The notes: a model not told the origin generated them from the letters alone. 64,000 nucleotides of DNA from Moniliella sp. 'wahieum' (GCA_003971905.1 RSEE01000012.1:310001-374000); one strand, 5' to 3'; shown: positions 1 through 12,820, numbered from the stretch's first letter. Made by a program: numbers and translations.

Positions 1-893
1 ATGATGCAAGAGGCCGCATGTGATGCAGTGATGGATGATCGATGAGCCGCCGGCCCAGCCACTGTTTCGTCTCGGTTGGTCTTGGGTGCGGCCTCCGCAG
101 GGAGAGGCAGTGTGGACTCATTGGTAAGCTCCGCTGCAATTTCGGTCGGCCTACGTGTTTGAGCTTAGCGGTTGCTGCATGCGAGGTTAGGTTACCGGTT
201 ACAAGGCTCTGACGTTTATCGATTATCGGTTAACGTTTGAGCCGCTCAGCTGCTGAGCCTTTGAGCGTTAAGTTTAACCGGCGGGTTCATATTTTTTCAG
301 CTGAAAAAAACGGACACAGGACGTCCTGCACTTACTTTGCGGTCCACATCCTCCCCGCCACCACCACACCGCCATCGCCACCGCCACCGCCATCAGATCA
401 TGTTATTCCTGTCCTACCCCATTGGAAGAAGTGAGACGTTGAGACCGACCCGGCCTGGAACAGCACCGCCGAGCTTTGCTTGCCTCGCTGCTCGCACGGA
501 GCAGCTGCACTCACAGAATTCATAGAATTCAATGCATTTTTCACCGAAGTTTGAGCACCGTGGAAAAAAACCCTTCGTGTCTCATTTATCTCATTGGAGA
601 GATAGATCCAGTTCATCGTTCACAGCTCGCTCACATGCCTCAACCACGCTCATTTGTATCCCTCTAATCGCGCTGCATTCAAGGCCCCCGACTTTCTGGC
701 GACTACAAGGAAAACTGTACTCCATCATCTGCATCATTGACATCAACATCATGATGGCAGCCACGAGGCAGGCGTCATGATGCATGAAACAAGGTATGCA
801 GAAAAAAACAGGCCGTGCATTTTTTTCGCAAAAAATGGTGGTACACCCGATAACCCCCACAACCCAGTTCTACAAGCAAAAGTGGCTAGTGGC

Positions 894-2227
894 TTAATAG
901 TCGTCACCCCGCGAAACGACCTCTTTGCCCGTTGGACGGAGCAGAATGGTGTGCTCAAACTGAGCCGTCATGGAGCCCGGAATGTCGGCAAGGGGGGGGT
1001 AGTCCTGCACGATCCCGTGCTCGACAAGGTGACGCAGGCCAAGCAAGTAGTTCTTCTCCCCTGTCCGCTCCAAGTAGCGGCGGCACCAAGGCAACGTGCC
1101 AAAGTTGTTGTCGATGGTACGAAGAAGGTTCTTGGCGCTTTGCAAGCGCAATGTCTTACCAACATTGGCGGGAAGATCGAACTTCTTGGCATAGTGGCTC
1201 GTCTCGCCTTGATGAATCACCAAACCCCGGCCGGTCGATCCAAATGTCTCAATAGCAAAGTACTCGCCTTCATCCATCTTGACATCATTGCCGGGCTGAG
1301 CAACAATCGGGACCGACTTGCCGCCGTGAATCTGGTAGGGACGAATATTGTGCCCCTGGAGGTTACGGATGCACTTGACTTGCTGCAGTTTGCCGTCTAC
1401 CTCGTACTCATACGACTCCATCACCTCCTGAATGGCAGCACCGATCTCACCCAGACGCGCATCAATGCCGGCCTCCTGGATACCTTTGTTGGTAGCTGCC
1501 CGCACAGCGTCCAGCAGCGGCTGGTGCGTGTCGTCAAAGGCCAGGGTGAATGCACTGTCCACGATACGGCCCTCGACTTGAACACCAAAGTCAATTTTGA
1601 TCACGTCCTTCTCACCAATCACATGCTTGTCGCCCGTGTTAGGAGAAAAGTGGGCGGCAATCTCGTTGAGATTCAACCCGGTGGGGAACCCAATTCCGGC
1701 CTCGAACCCATTCTCCTCCACCAGCGCCCGCGTTCCATCTTCAATCAAGTTGGCCGCATCAGTGAGGCTCATTCCAGGCTTAATAGTACGCTGAGCATAT
1801 TGGCGCACTTGGCGATGAACCTCGGCCGCACGACGGATCAAGTTGTAGTTGCCCTGCGGCTCCTCCTGAATCAAGCGTTCCCGCTCTTGCAGCTCCGCAA
1901 GCGGAACCCGAGCCCGGTTCTCATCCAAAAACTTGCTCTCGTCGTACGGCTGGATCTCTCCCACGGGGTACGAGTTCTTGGCAAACATCTTCGACACGGG
2001 CACAGTTGGGGCGAGGTCTGCTCCTTGACGAGCTTCTTGGCCTTCTTGCGCGCCGCCCCACTCTTGTTCTTCTTCTTCTTGTGTTCGCCCTCGTCATCGC
2101 GGGGCTCACCCTCATGCTCCTCCGAACCGATGTTCACATTCTTGATGCCGGCAGCAGCCTGGTCAACCTGGTCAACAGGCGCAGCTGCAGGCTCCGTAAG
2201 CGGGGCACTTGCGTCGGTGGTGGCCAT
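894..2227 (-). CDS. MAP2: Methionine aminopeptidase 2
   Basis: ORF 894-2003 has the MetAP2 metal-site motifs ([64 protein letters not shown]) and the C-terminus SRGDDY. The Lys-rich N-terminus MATTDASAP...KKKKNK starts at 2227 in another frame and joins via a 1-bp indel in the G run near 2008-2011. Confidence 0.96.
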
Positions 2228-2431
2228 TCTAGGAAGCTGCGCACACAATGGTGGGACTCCGTCAAGTGATCTTACCGCTGGCTTGGCAAGTGCTAATAAA
2301 TTTGAATTCCGCTCGCCTGTTCCGCCTGCAATTTAAAACGGACTCGTTGCTGGGCTGGATTGGCAGTGGCAAACAGCAAGCGGGTGACGGAGAACACGTT
2401 GGGTAGCACCCATCATCGCCTAACTTCTGCC

Positions 2432-3252
2432 ATGGCCGCCAAGGACAACGCCAACCCCATCATCCATGCTCTGACCAGCCAGAGCATCCGCGCAGGCGAC
2501 ATTGGGTCTGGTTACGGCGATGCGGATGAGTGGTGGCACGAGCCAACGGAAGGAGCCGATTCTCTGCTGGGAGAGCGGGATGGGTTTTCGTTGCTTAACA
2601 ACGCTTGGGCGCGCGCTGCCGGGGAATCGTCAGACATGACATCGGATTCGGGATCTGGATCTGGATCTGGATTAGTTCCAGGATCTTCGTTCTCGTCCAG
2701 CAGTTCCGCGACGCTTGATGAGATTGATCAACAGGAAGTGTTTGGTGTGTACTCCTCTTCCTCCCTAACAGAGGAACGAAATACTGATCCGCTCCCAGAT
2801 TTGGTCCGGTCCATCTCGGACCCTGAGCATCCCTTGACACTCGAACAGCTGGCTGTGGTCCAGCCGGATCACATTACACTCACCCAACCTTCTCCTGAGG
2901 ACGAGTTGCACCCTACCCCACGGTCTTGCTCGAGTTCACCCCCACCATCCCGCATTGCAGCATGTCAACGCTGATTGGCCTGTCGCTGGGGTGGCTGATG
3001 CGCAGTCTTCCCCCCAGTTACAAGATTGACATTCGCGTTCGGCCAGGCACGCATCAGAGTGAGCAATCCGTCAACAAGCAGCTCAACGATAAGGAGCGAG
3101 TCGCCGCTGCGTTGGAGAACCAGCACCTTCTCGAGGTCATTCTCCAGGCTCTGAGTACGGCACACAGGAGGGGTGCAGGTGGTGACCCCGCTACGGATGC
3201 GGCGATAGAGAAGGTGGATGCACTGGCGAAGGAACTTGGCATTCTTGTTTGA
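2432..3252 (+). CDS. CIA2: Cytosolic Fe-S assembly component Cia2/FAM96B (MIP18)
   Basis: [11 protein letters not shown] start; [29 protein letters not shown] across a probable in-frame intron 2745-2798; then [16 protein letters not shown] and [25 protein letters not shown], the FAM96 signatures. Indel near 2920. Confidence 0.93.
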
Positions 3253-4934
3253 TGCGCTGACGGGTGCCACCCGTTGTGCGCTATGGATGTTCTGGCACCA
3301 TCGTCGTCCTCTGGTTGGCAAGTGAGGGCGCCGTATAGACCGTGATATCTCCGAGACAGATGATGGAAACTGGAAAAGTGGGCTGGAAGTATGGCTGCAA
3401 TACTTTTACTGGCTTGCCCAGCATATGGCCAGCCATCTCCCTGTACGCGGAAAATGCATGCTGGGCCTCCATACCACATGCGGGCACAGGCATGGCATAA
3501 GATTCATGTTGCACCATGACGAGAGCTGCAGGCACCTTTTGAAGGCATTTCATCTGCCGCAGTTCACACTCACCAAACTAAGAGGTGCATATTGCCTCCG
3601 GAATGCTCGTATCGGAAACAATCGGAAACAAACATAGAGCGAGTGGACGCAGATGAATGTCGCGCAGGTGAGAAACATAACCAGCATCTGCGAAGAGCTT
3701 CTTCATCTAATTAGTTCATAGGTCACCCTTTCCAAATAAACATCCATCCTTTTGACCTTCTGGGTGGTATATGGCACCTGCCATTGCCACTGGGGATCGA
3801 TACTCCAGATGTTGCGTTGTGTGGTCCGTAATACTTCTTATTCTCACAGTCTGTCAGATCAAGGAATCGATTGGTCGCTGCGTTCTAGACATGTTCTAGA
3901 CATGTGGGTGAACTTCTCGGAGTGGCCGCCTTTCGGAAGAGCGTCCCTGTGGCCTTCTTTTCGTCCCCGAGTCTATTCTCAATGTGCAGTCCACCTTCCT
4001 TCAATAATCTATGAAACGCTTCTGAATCCATTACCTCGTACTTCCCGTAAGCTTTTGGCGCCACCCCCCTCCCCCTCTCCATGTTTTTCATCTTCATTGA
4101 GAACGGCAATGCCACTGAAGAATGCAGAGCGAGGCTACACTGTTCTTGGATTGGCCATGGGCGCAGGCCAGTGGATGTACCCCAATGCTGGCATCGGTAC
4201 ACGTTTTTGCGCTTGCAAAACGAGAGAAGAAGAAATCGGAGGCTAATCTGCAGTTACCATGGTGGTCAACAGGCTGACGGCACTTTTGGCATCAACAGCA
4301 GGCCTATGCGAAAGGCCTATGAGAGAGCCATGTATATTCATAGTAGTAAACGCTGAAAATGCACAGTTGTGTGTTTTCTACCACGCTGTCTCCATCGACG
4401 AGTGCGCCCCAATGCGGTAAGTCCGGTGAGTTCCTTTTGGGTATACTCCATGAATAGTTCATGCTGACCCCCTACTCTTACCCTTATCCACCCTCTACTG
4501 CTTGTGCTGCGTCATGAACTTGCTCCTAACCACTACTAAACAGTATATGAGGATGAATAAGGTGAAGCTTGAAGACGTGTACGACCAACATATATCGATG
4601 ATGCGCGCATGGCGCACACACATGAAGCCCGGCATGAAAAGCGCACCCAACGGACAATGTGCCCCCCGCCGGCCAGTGGCAGCCACGGCCTCCCACGACT
4701 CCATCCGCATTGGTTACGATCGAGCTGGATGTCGGATGGAGGTCGGGACGGCCATGCGACGTGGTCCAGAGATAGTGCTTCAAGGTAGCTGTTGTGCTCT
4801 TCCAGTTTGGCTCAAGCTTCATCGACTGGTCGGTGATGGCCACCGATCTGTACTCAGTATATGTATAAGTCGTCGGCATGGCCCTGGAAATACGTGAGGG
4901 CGCAGTGGTCCTGTGTGCCGCATTAACGTGTGGC

Positions 4935-4964
4935 TGATCGATAAACGTTAAACGTTAAACGTTA
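4935..4964. repeat. 7-bp periodic TNA array (TGA-TCGA-TAA-ACGT-TAA-ACGT-TAA-ACGT)
   Basis: TNA at 4935, 4942, 4949 and 4956. A second TAA-ACGT-TAA lies at 5214-5223. Confidence 0.85.
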
Positions 4965-5014
4965 CGAGGAGACCACCGGGCCTATACGGCCCGGTCAGCT
5001 GTGTCGCCACCTTA

Positions 5015-5071
5015 GCCACCGTTCCCCATCGCCACCGTTCTACCGGCCACCGTTCCACCGGCCACCGTCCC
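5015..5071 (+). repeat. ~15-bp tandem repeat GCCACCGTTCYACCG, about 4 copies
   Basis: Read directly from the sequence. Confidence 0.85.
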
Positions 5072-5342
5072 ACGCTGGAACCCTTCACGCTGCAAAGACG
5101 AGATAATATCACCGATACGCGCTGACATGGGTGGCTGGAAACGTGGCACGGGGCATGCTGTGTAAAAAGTGCACAGGGGCGTTTGGATGAACCTTAAATA
5201 CATGGAGAAACGTTAAACGTTAAAATCACAATTAACACAGTTTGGGGCCTGTGGCGCAGCAGCTCCTCGACTTGCTCCGTCCCACCACTACCTTTCCACG
5301 GCCCGCGCTTCTTGCCGATACTGCGTGGGTCCCATTCTCACC

Positions 5343-6983
5343 ATGTCATCGTCACTGTGGTATTACATTTGCCTTGGAGATACCTGCGGAGGATGCTGGG
5401 CGTATTGGCAACGTCGGATGGCGACTATGAGCAGGTGCTCCAGTCGCTGACGGAAAAGATCGAGCAGGTGAAGGGCCGCCTGGCCCAGGTCCGCCAGCGC
5501 GAACGTCGTGCCCGCGTCACCATCCTTTCTCCGCCATGTCGGCATGGCTCATGTATACGACTGTTGTCGCCGGTTAGGTCGTCTCGATACGGGCGACCTT
5601 GGCGAGGCTGCCTTGTGGCCTTTTTTCTCGTCCTTGGACAAGGGGTTGCGGTGGGAAACTCAGCCATACTGGCTCCCCACTTTGTTAGTGCCTCTGTGTT
5701 GCATGTTCACGGAGGCCTGTTCAGTGGTGGTACAGTCGTGTACATTCTGCGGAAGAGAAAACCTTGCTGCTTTAATCGAAAGCGAAGGGGCAAGATCGAC
5801 GAGATTAAGCGGGTGACCAAATTGACCACCTGCGTATGCTTTTGGACCGGTATGACGATACGCCCTCCTACGACCGGTCTCGGTCCCAAACCCAACTCGA
5901 ACCTTCCCGGAACGACCCGCCCCCTTGGACGCTCTGGATCTCCTTCGCAGCTCAATGCAACATGGGGGACAAAGAACATGCTTGCGGTGGGTGCTGCACC
6001 CACCTGGAAGAGCAATTCGCCGGCCCCTCCCTCTCTTTGGCGCCCTTTCAGCACCCGCACCTCATCAATGAGGCATTTCGCTCAGGGCGCTCCGTCTCGA
6101 TGCCACTGAGTACTAGCGGCCCGACCAGTGCCCCCGCGCTGCGACGGTTGCTCCTGAGCTGGATGGGGGCCAAGGTATGAAGGGCCGGTCAAGTCAGGAT
6201 ATGTTTCCAGCACCCCATATTCCTCAATCGCATCCACCCTCCCACACCAGCAGACCATGGGGCCTCCCCCCCTCCCCGGAAACACTCATGGACAAATTGG
6301 CCGATGCTATCTTAGGCCCCGATCCATTCCTGCGGACTTCCGGACCTGAGCAGCGTTATGCCCTGATCTGTCGGTCATGCTATCGGCACAATGGGCTGGT
6401 TTGGAGGAAGACTGGGATGAGATCCGTATGTATTCGTCACCCTTTCGTACCGCAACTGATTGATACCATGCAGAGTACATTTGCCCTCATTGTGGCACTC
6501 AAACACTAACCGTCCCTCGACAGTGCCTGTGACGTGGCCATCGATGCCCTTGACACACACGAAATCGCACCGGAAGCTGTCGCCTCTTCTACTGTCAAAT
6601 CAGTTCCAATGGGACAGACTGACAAGGACGAGGGAGGGGACGTTCCCAAACATAAATTGCCCGACTCCCCCACTAACCGTGTGCAAACCTCCAGCTCTGA
6701 CCAAGAATGTGCGGACGTCTCCAATACCGATCCTGACCCCTCCATTGTCCCGATTGGCACTTCGTCGTCCTTGAAGGAGCATTCATCTGAGATCCAGCGT
6801 CGCGCCTCGGCCTCTGTACCGAGGGAAGGAGAGGAGATGGAATCCCGCCCCCGGCCATCACCATCTGAGTATCATCAAGTCGAGGGTAGAACAAGAGTTT
6901 TCCCTTCTACCCCTTCTCCCGACCAACTTCCCATTCACGTTTCTGTCCGCATTTCAAGCTCGTGTTCGCTCCTTCATGTTTAG
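5343..6983 (+). CDS. LNP1: Lunapark (ER three-way junction protein, DUF2296 zinc ribbon)
   Basis: N-terminal coiled coil DYEQVLQSLTEKIEQVKGRLAQVRQRERR, two hydrophobic segments, KIDEIKRVT, and MDKLADAILG...RYALICRSCYRHNGLV followed by intron gtatgt 6426-6472 and a second CPHCG pair. Several frameshifts; both ends approximate. Confidence 0.85.
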
Positions 6984-7623
6984 CCAGTTTTACCTTTCAC
7001 TTACCTGCGACCACATACCCCCTGGAATCTGGCATGAGGTTAAAACTACTACCCCCCTCTTGCATTCATTATTTTCTGTTCACGTTGGGACCTGTGCCCG
7101 GCATATAAGTATTCTCTGCCAACGACTGCGAAGGGGGGAAAATTTTCCGGACCAATGTAGAGCTGGAAGCTCACACATATGGGCCGAGCTCGGCCGAGTT
7201 CACGTCTCGCTCTGTGTCGTATGGCACCCGCCCACAATAGCGATTGTTGACCACGATCGAAACAGCGCGGATCTGCAGACAAGTAGCGAGTGTCGAGAGG
7301 ATCGATGATGTAGGTCCGACCAGACTGATGAGGGGATCTCTCGAGCCGGCCTCTTTCCTTGTCCGAGTTGGACACAACTACGACACGGTCACGGCGTCAT
7401 GATACGCTTCCTTCATCCTACTATAACCCCTGCTGGCTCAGGGCCAGTGGGTTGAGCGCCTTAGGCTCAAATGATATGCTCATTGTACAACGTTTGCTAC
7501 CGCACCCATTACATGAGCGTTCGGTGGTCACAAGTCCTCGCTCATAACTCGCCAGTCACTGTTCTAGGATCTTCTTGAATGGGCTCAAGATCTCCGGGTA
7601 TGAATCCATTACCCCTCATAGCT

Positions 7624-8781
7624 TCACCACAGACCAGTATGCGAGTACAGCGTTCCTTGTTCGGCCACCATCCACTCGAGATCAATCTCAGTAAGGAAGG
7701 AACTCATCTGCCAACCCAGTGAAAAGAGGTGAGCTACAACATGCAACAATAATACAGTGCAGTAAGTAGAAATCACATACCACTTGCTGCCGGCGTTCAG
7801 CCTCCTTGCGAGCCGTTTGAGTCCAGAGATTGTCACCGCGAATATGACCAGCCTGATAAGACAGAGTGAGCACTAATGAAGTCGGCTGGAGCTCTGAGAG
7901 AGGGAACATACTTGGAATAAAAGTGAGCAATGGCCGAGGAGCTGTAGCCCTCGCTTTGTTCGAGCGGGGGTGCTGAAGTACTCTCGGCATTCCTGGGGGG
8001 AACATGCAATGGGTTGTTTTTGACGGCAGCAAACGCAGCACAACGCATGATACCTACATAGTAGTCTAGGTCAGCCCGGGGCCTGATGCTCAGGCCTGAA
8101 CGCCCCAATTCAGCGCACTGACAAAGCCAAGACAACGTACCAAACTGCCAATAGCGTCCAGTCGATCAGCATCGCTAACAAGATGGTACTCCACACAAGA
8201 CTGTTCCCACTCCCATGCAGCTTGGTCCATAGCCGACAAGGGCTCTCCGCGTTGCTCCGCCTGTTGCCGTGCTGCCCTCCGAGCTTGGTCTTTACTCCAA
8301 CTCACATTTTCCACGATTCGGCAATGGTCTTGATGCGGTCCGCGCCCAGCACCGCTTCATGGCTCTTCAAAAAAGGCCCAATCACCTTCTCGGCCGTGAT
8401 GGGTCCGGAGGTGGCAGCAGGAGGTAGGTACTTGCGGTCAACCATGTCGTGGAAGAGAGCGGCGAGCTCGACGACAAGCGGGTCGGTTTTCGCTTAAGAT
8501 CGGCATCCTGGGTTAGGGACAGGGCCATGAGACGAACGCGATGCACATGGTTAAATCGTGGGAAGGGTCATGGCTGCGGAATGCCGCTTGACCAGCTCCT
8601 GCCGCCTCGACTGCAATCGCCGGTCATCCTCGGCGAAGTCGGACGCGCTCGGGGATGAGGGTGCAGGTGCATCGACTGCCGCACTTTCTGCAGCAGCTAG
8701 CGCAGAGGGTGCCGTAGCAGAAGGATCGGCGGCAGTAGCAAGCGACAAGGACGCCATCGCAGCTGCGTTGGGGTCGGCCAT
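7624..8781 (-). CDS. HD-superfamily metal-dependent phosphohydrolase (YedJ/YpgQ-like)
   Basis: Across indels the minus strand reads SHDPSHD(F)NHVHRVRLMAL, VVELAALFHDMVDRKY, LVSDADRLDAIG, AIAHFYSK and ARKEAERRQQV|MSSFLTEIDLEW. At least two gtatgt-starting introns (5' ends near 7910 and 7780). Confidence 0.85.
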
Positions 8782-8950
8782 GGCGGTGGACGTGACGCGA
8801 GATGGCGGGCAGAGGGGGAAAACAGTGGGACCAAGGTTAGGTTAGCTACAACTTGGAATGAGTTAGAATGTGTGGTGCATTTAAACACGGGGCACAGAGG
8901 CAGTGTGGCAGTCGCAGGGCCTCGCGGCCCGCGCGACAGCTTCCACGTCT

Positions 8951-8994
8951 TCAACCTTCAACCTTCAACTTCAAGCTTCACGCTTTAAGTTTCA
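8951..8994. repeat. 7-bp periodic TNA array upstream of the HD gene
   Basis: TCA/TTA at 8951, 8958, 8965, 8971, 8978, 8985 and 8992. Confidence 0.85.
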
Positions 8995-9385
8995 ACCATA
9001 GCCCAGGCCGCAGAGGAGTCGGCACACTCGCCGGGCCGCTCGCTCCAACCTCTACGCCCACCACCCACCCTCCATTTCATCCTTCCATCATCTGATCATC
9101 TGATCATCTCATCATGGCCCACAACCACCCTACTGAACCAGCACTAACTTCTGACGGGCGGGGATACGGGGTTCGTGTCTTCCGCCGCCTCGCACTCTGC
9201 TGTGAGAATTGGCGCGTGCCACTCCCAGCGCGAAGACGTGTCAAAAATAAGTATATGCCGCATGGCTCCCCGCCTCCCACCTTCATTTTATACATGGAAA
9301 GTGTTCTTGTTTGATTGACAGTGGCAACAACTTCGAACGGCTCAAAGATGATAGCTTTAGTATGCAATAGCCAAGAATCAGTTGA

Positions 9386-10604
9386 CTACGCCGCGATGGG
9401 TGTGGACGACTTGTGAGACCAGATGTTGATTTCCTCATCACCACGAGAAACCTTGGTGCTCTCCGTGCGCCCATCGTTGCGATCTTGCGAGCCAGTTTGA
9501 CCAAACCGAGAGACCTGAGAGCCTGCCATTCACCTGCCGTAGGGGCCTTAGCCCCTTCCCAGAACCCGTGAGGGTAGTGACTTTGATAATGCTTTGGGCA
9601 ACAACCGAACCAGCCACAGGTTCCATTACCACGTCGTTCTCGGGAAGGAAAAGTAAAAAACGCCCAGGCGTTCGTACATGGCTTGGTCCGCAGGCGGGGC
9701 CACGACACGGTGGATCGTTTGCTTGAGGAAGCCACCACTTAGAAAATGCATCGTATCGCCCAGGTTGATCACCAGAGCATTGTCGATGTGCCGGGCCATA
9801 CGCCACTGATTGTCGGGCATCAACACCTCAAGGGAGGTGATAGGCTGGGAAAAAAGGATGGAGATGCTGTTAAAATCGGCATGACCCGCCAAACGAACGT
9901 TGTTCAGCGCCTGGTCATCCTCCTTGGGTGGGGCACGGTAAGAAGCGTAACGGAACAGTTCACTTCCCTTAGATGTCAATGCATCTTTGTGCAGGTTCCA
10001 GAGGGTGTCGACGGGCAGCTTTAGTGCTAAGGAGAGCAAGTTGAAAATCTTGCGTGCAATGACAGAGTGCACATAACGAGCAAAGCGGTCCATCTCGGGC
10101 CATAGCGATTGGAGTTCAGGTGGGAGAGTTCGACCCTGTTGTTCAAATGTGCGACTCACTAGATTCAATTGTCGGATCTGGTCTCCCACACCTGCAATCT
10201 TCCAATGACCAGGCCGCTTGTATCCTTCAAACGAACCTGTGCGGACGATATCGCCTGCGTATGCCTCCTGTTGGGCGTCCGACACGCCATGGAATGCAAA
10301 TTGGCCAATGGAGAACTGACGCTTGACGTCCTCGGGTGACAGGCCGTGGTTGGTAGCGTAGATAAATCCGTCGGTGTTGAATGCATGCCCAACTTGCTCA
10401 ACGAGCTGGGGAGGAATCTGGTCCAACTCATCCCCTTCGATTAGCGCCAAATCAGCCACAAAAAAATGAGCCCAATCAAAGTCTGGGAGGGAAGACACGG
10501 TTAGCAGGATACAACGAAGGTGCAAAGTGGAACCTACCCGTCTTGCCGGACGGCTTGGGAGGCACCCACTCCGGGATGTCGGGCTTGACAGTAGTAGGAG
10601 TCAT
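9386..10604 (-). CDS. 2-oxoglutarate/Fe(II)-dependent oxygenase (DIOX_N + 2OG-FeII_Oxy, IPNS/clavaminate synthase-like)
   Basis: AFNTDGFIYATNHGL, the HxD motif in LAGHADFNSISILFSQP, NALVINLGDTMHFLSGG, the distal His in TIHRVV, and ERLGVFYF. A short exon 1 (MTPTTVKPDIPEWVPPKP) precedes a gtaggt...cag intron. The 3' end is reconstructed across indels. Confidence 0.9.
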
Positions 10605-12820
10605 GGTTGTCCGATACGAAGCAGTGGTAGTCAGAAAGTAGATGAGGAACGTAGCTCCAGTCAGTATCTTTAGCACTTGCTCGCGGGCGCCGTGTCGAAG
10701 TCGGAAAACGTGCTTAGCGAAAGTTGCGCACCACAGCTGCTGGGTGGGGTCGGCTCTCTGGCTTCGGTTGCGGTTGCGCATGCGGATGCGGTTAATTCAC
10801 AGTTTTTGGGTTTGCACAGGTGCGGTACAGCCGGTGGGTGTGGTACACCGTTTCCCGAGAGCGCTGTGCTGTGCTGAGAGTGTCGGGCGCAATCAGTGCT
10901 ACAGACTAGTTGCGTGCCTCACAACAGCAGTTGCGAGATACGAAGAAGCTCTGGAGGCTTGGAGAGAATAGTGGCTACCTCCTCGGTTGAGGATGTGAGC
11001 GTTGATTACGTTGATTCAACTGAAGATGATTAGCTCCAACCTCTCTACAAGACAAGTTTTGATGCGTTGGGTGCATGGCCCTGCCTCGCAGGCGGTCTCA
11101 GGCCTGATGTGGTCTCATTCAGGCGCCCGAGAGCTTCAGCAGTCCGCAGCTTCCTACTTTAGACGTGATGACGTAGGTCACGGGCGATTCTGTATGGGTC
11201 ACCGGTCATGCGCCATGGATAGCTGTCATTAATCATTCAAGTGACGAGCACGTCGCCTGTGAGTGCTGCGAGGTGGTGGTGACGTGCGCACCTCCGCGCA
11301 CGCCATCGCCGCGCCTTAGAAATTCAAGTAGCTGGCTAACAAAGATTTCCACAAGGGAAAACCAGAAATTAATATCAGGTAATAGCGCCAGTGAGTCGGG
11401 CTAGGGTTTCCATCCACGCGCAGTACTCAGTCTGAGTTACTCAGTGCCGGTGGAACTCGTGATCCACATGATTTTCGATTTTTTATCGATTATCGATTAT
11501 CGACTTGTACGATCCGTGGGGGACTACTAGCACTCGCTCGTTGGCATTTGGCAGAGGGATGAAAACGGCACGTCTAAGACAAACGGGGCATTGGGGGGAC
11601 AAGCGAGGCAATTGAGAGAGAGGATTAGCCTAAGCCAAACTCACGAACGATGAGCTTATCTACGGGAGGCAGTTGTACGGCCCATAGAGACAGACGGTGT
11701 TACACCCGGGCAAAAAGTGGGCAACGGAGGGGGCGACCAATAAAAAGCGATCCAACCTATAGCACCTCTGTTGACCACGAAGTATACCCTTTTCTCACCT
11801 CGACTCTCTCCACCGGCTCGTCGCCATCAGCATTCCTAAGACTGTAGTCGGACCGTATACGATGGGGACCAGAAGATGAACGTAAAATGGATGTGAACAG
11901 CAGTTAATGCACTTATATACAACTGGGCAGGGGATCACCTCGGCAAACGTCGCACAAGAAAGAGACAGGGTAGAGGAAGTGGACAAGGCCGGAGAAATGA
12001 AGCGAAACTGAAAGGTGGGTGGCGGGAGGGTAAAGGGTTATAATGTGATGCAATGGGGGAAATAGACGTTTCCCCCTCGTGTTCAATAGCCGTAAGCCTC
12101 ATCGTTCCCATCATTCGATGCGATTGCTCTCACATCGGGGAACGGACGGGGCGGTGGGGGTCGGTGCAGTCGGAGGCCATGTGCAGGCTGCGGCACAGGG
12201 GGAGAGGACCATGCTCATTAATCGGCCCATCGCTCCCCCAACCGGACGCACGTTCGCCTTCTCGTGCGGCCGTCTGCATATCTGGCGGTTCGGGCCAACG
12301 TGTCACATCCACCCTCTTGACTTTGGAAGCGGGGGGGGTAACAAAAGCCGAGCGGGTAGGAGGCGCCGGAGCCGGACGCTGCTGATTGGGAGTAAAAATG
12401 TAGCACTGCGTGGGGCGCAGCGGCAAGTGTTCATGTGCCCGCTCAGGATCAGCCGAGTAGGGTGAGGTACTGTATGGAAGGGGGATAGGAGGTGGCGGTG
12501 CATGTGGAAGCTGCTGGGGGAAATGAACGACGAGGCGGTAAAGAAGCAGCAGGTGTGGTCACACCCATCATCCCATCGGATGGCCGGCTGCCGGTGTGAA
12601 TAGTAAGACGGACGAGCCCTGTGCCAGCATCTTGCTTCGCCCTTTCTGCTGCGGACGACAGGGGGCAGGAGAAGGGTCCAAGTCAAGGGCTGCCTCCGTT
12701 TCTGTGAGCTGAGGGGGGGGTGGCAAACTTCGGACTCGGTTTTCGGTTTCAGTCTCCGTCTCGGTCTCCGTCTCGGACTCACTAACGTTGAATGCAGGCC
12801 CATGGCCGATGCGAGCTACG

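Noticed and set aside
2000..2015. Programmed ribosomal frameshift in MAP2 and other genes
   Set aside because: Indels occur in nearly every gene without a consistent slippery motif, so sequencing error is more parsimonious.
777..2336. 519-aa plus-strand ORF
   Set aside because: It is the antisense shadow of MAP2 (GC3 bias keeps the opposite frame open) and has no recognisable motifs.
3882..3903. 11-bp tandem duplication GTTCTAGACAT as a transposon footprint
   Set aside because: No terminal repeats or TE coding sequence nearby; it cannot be distinguished from slippage.
6976..7600. Short ORFs between LNP1 and the HD gene
   Set aside because: They lie in a convergent 3' region and have no recognisable motifs.
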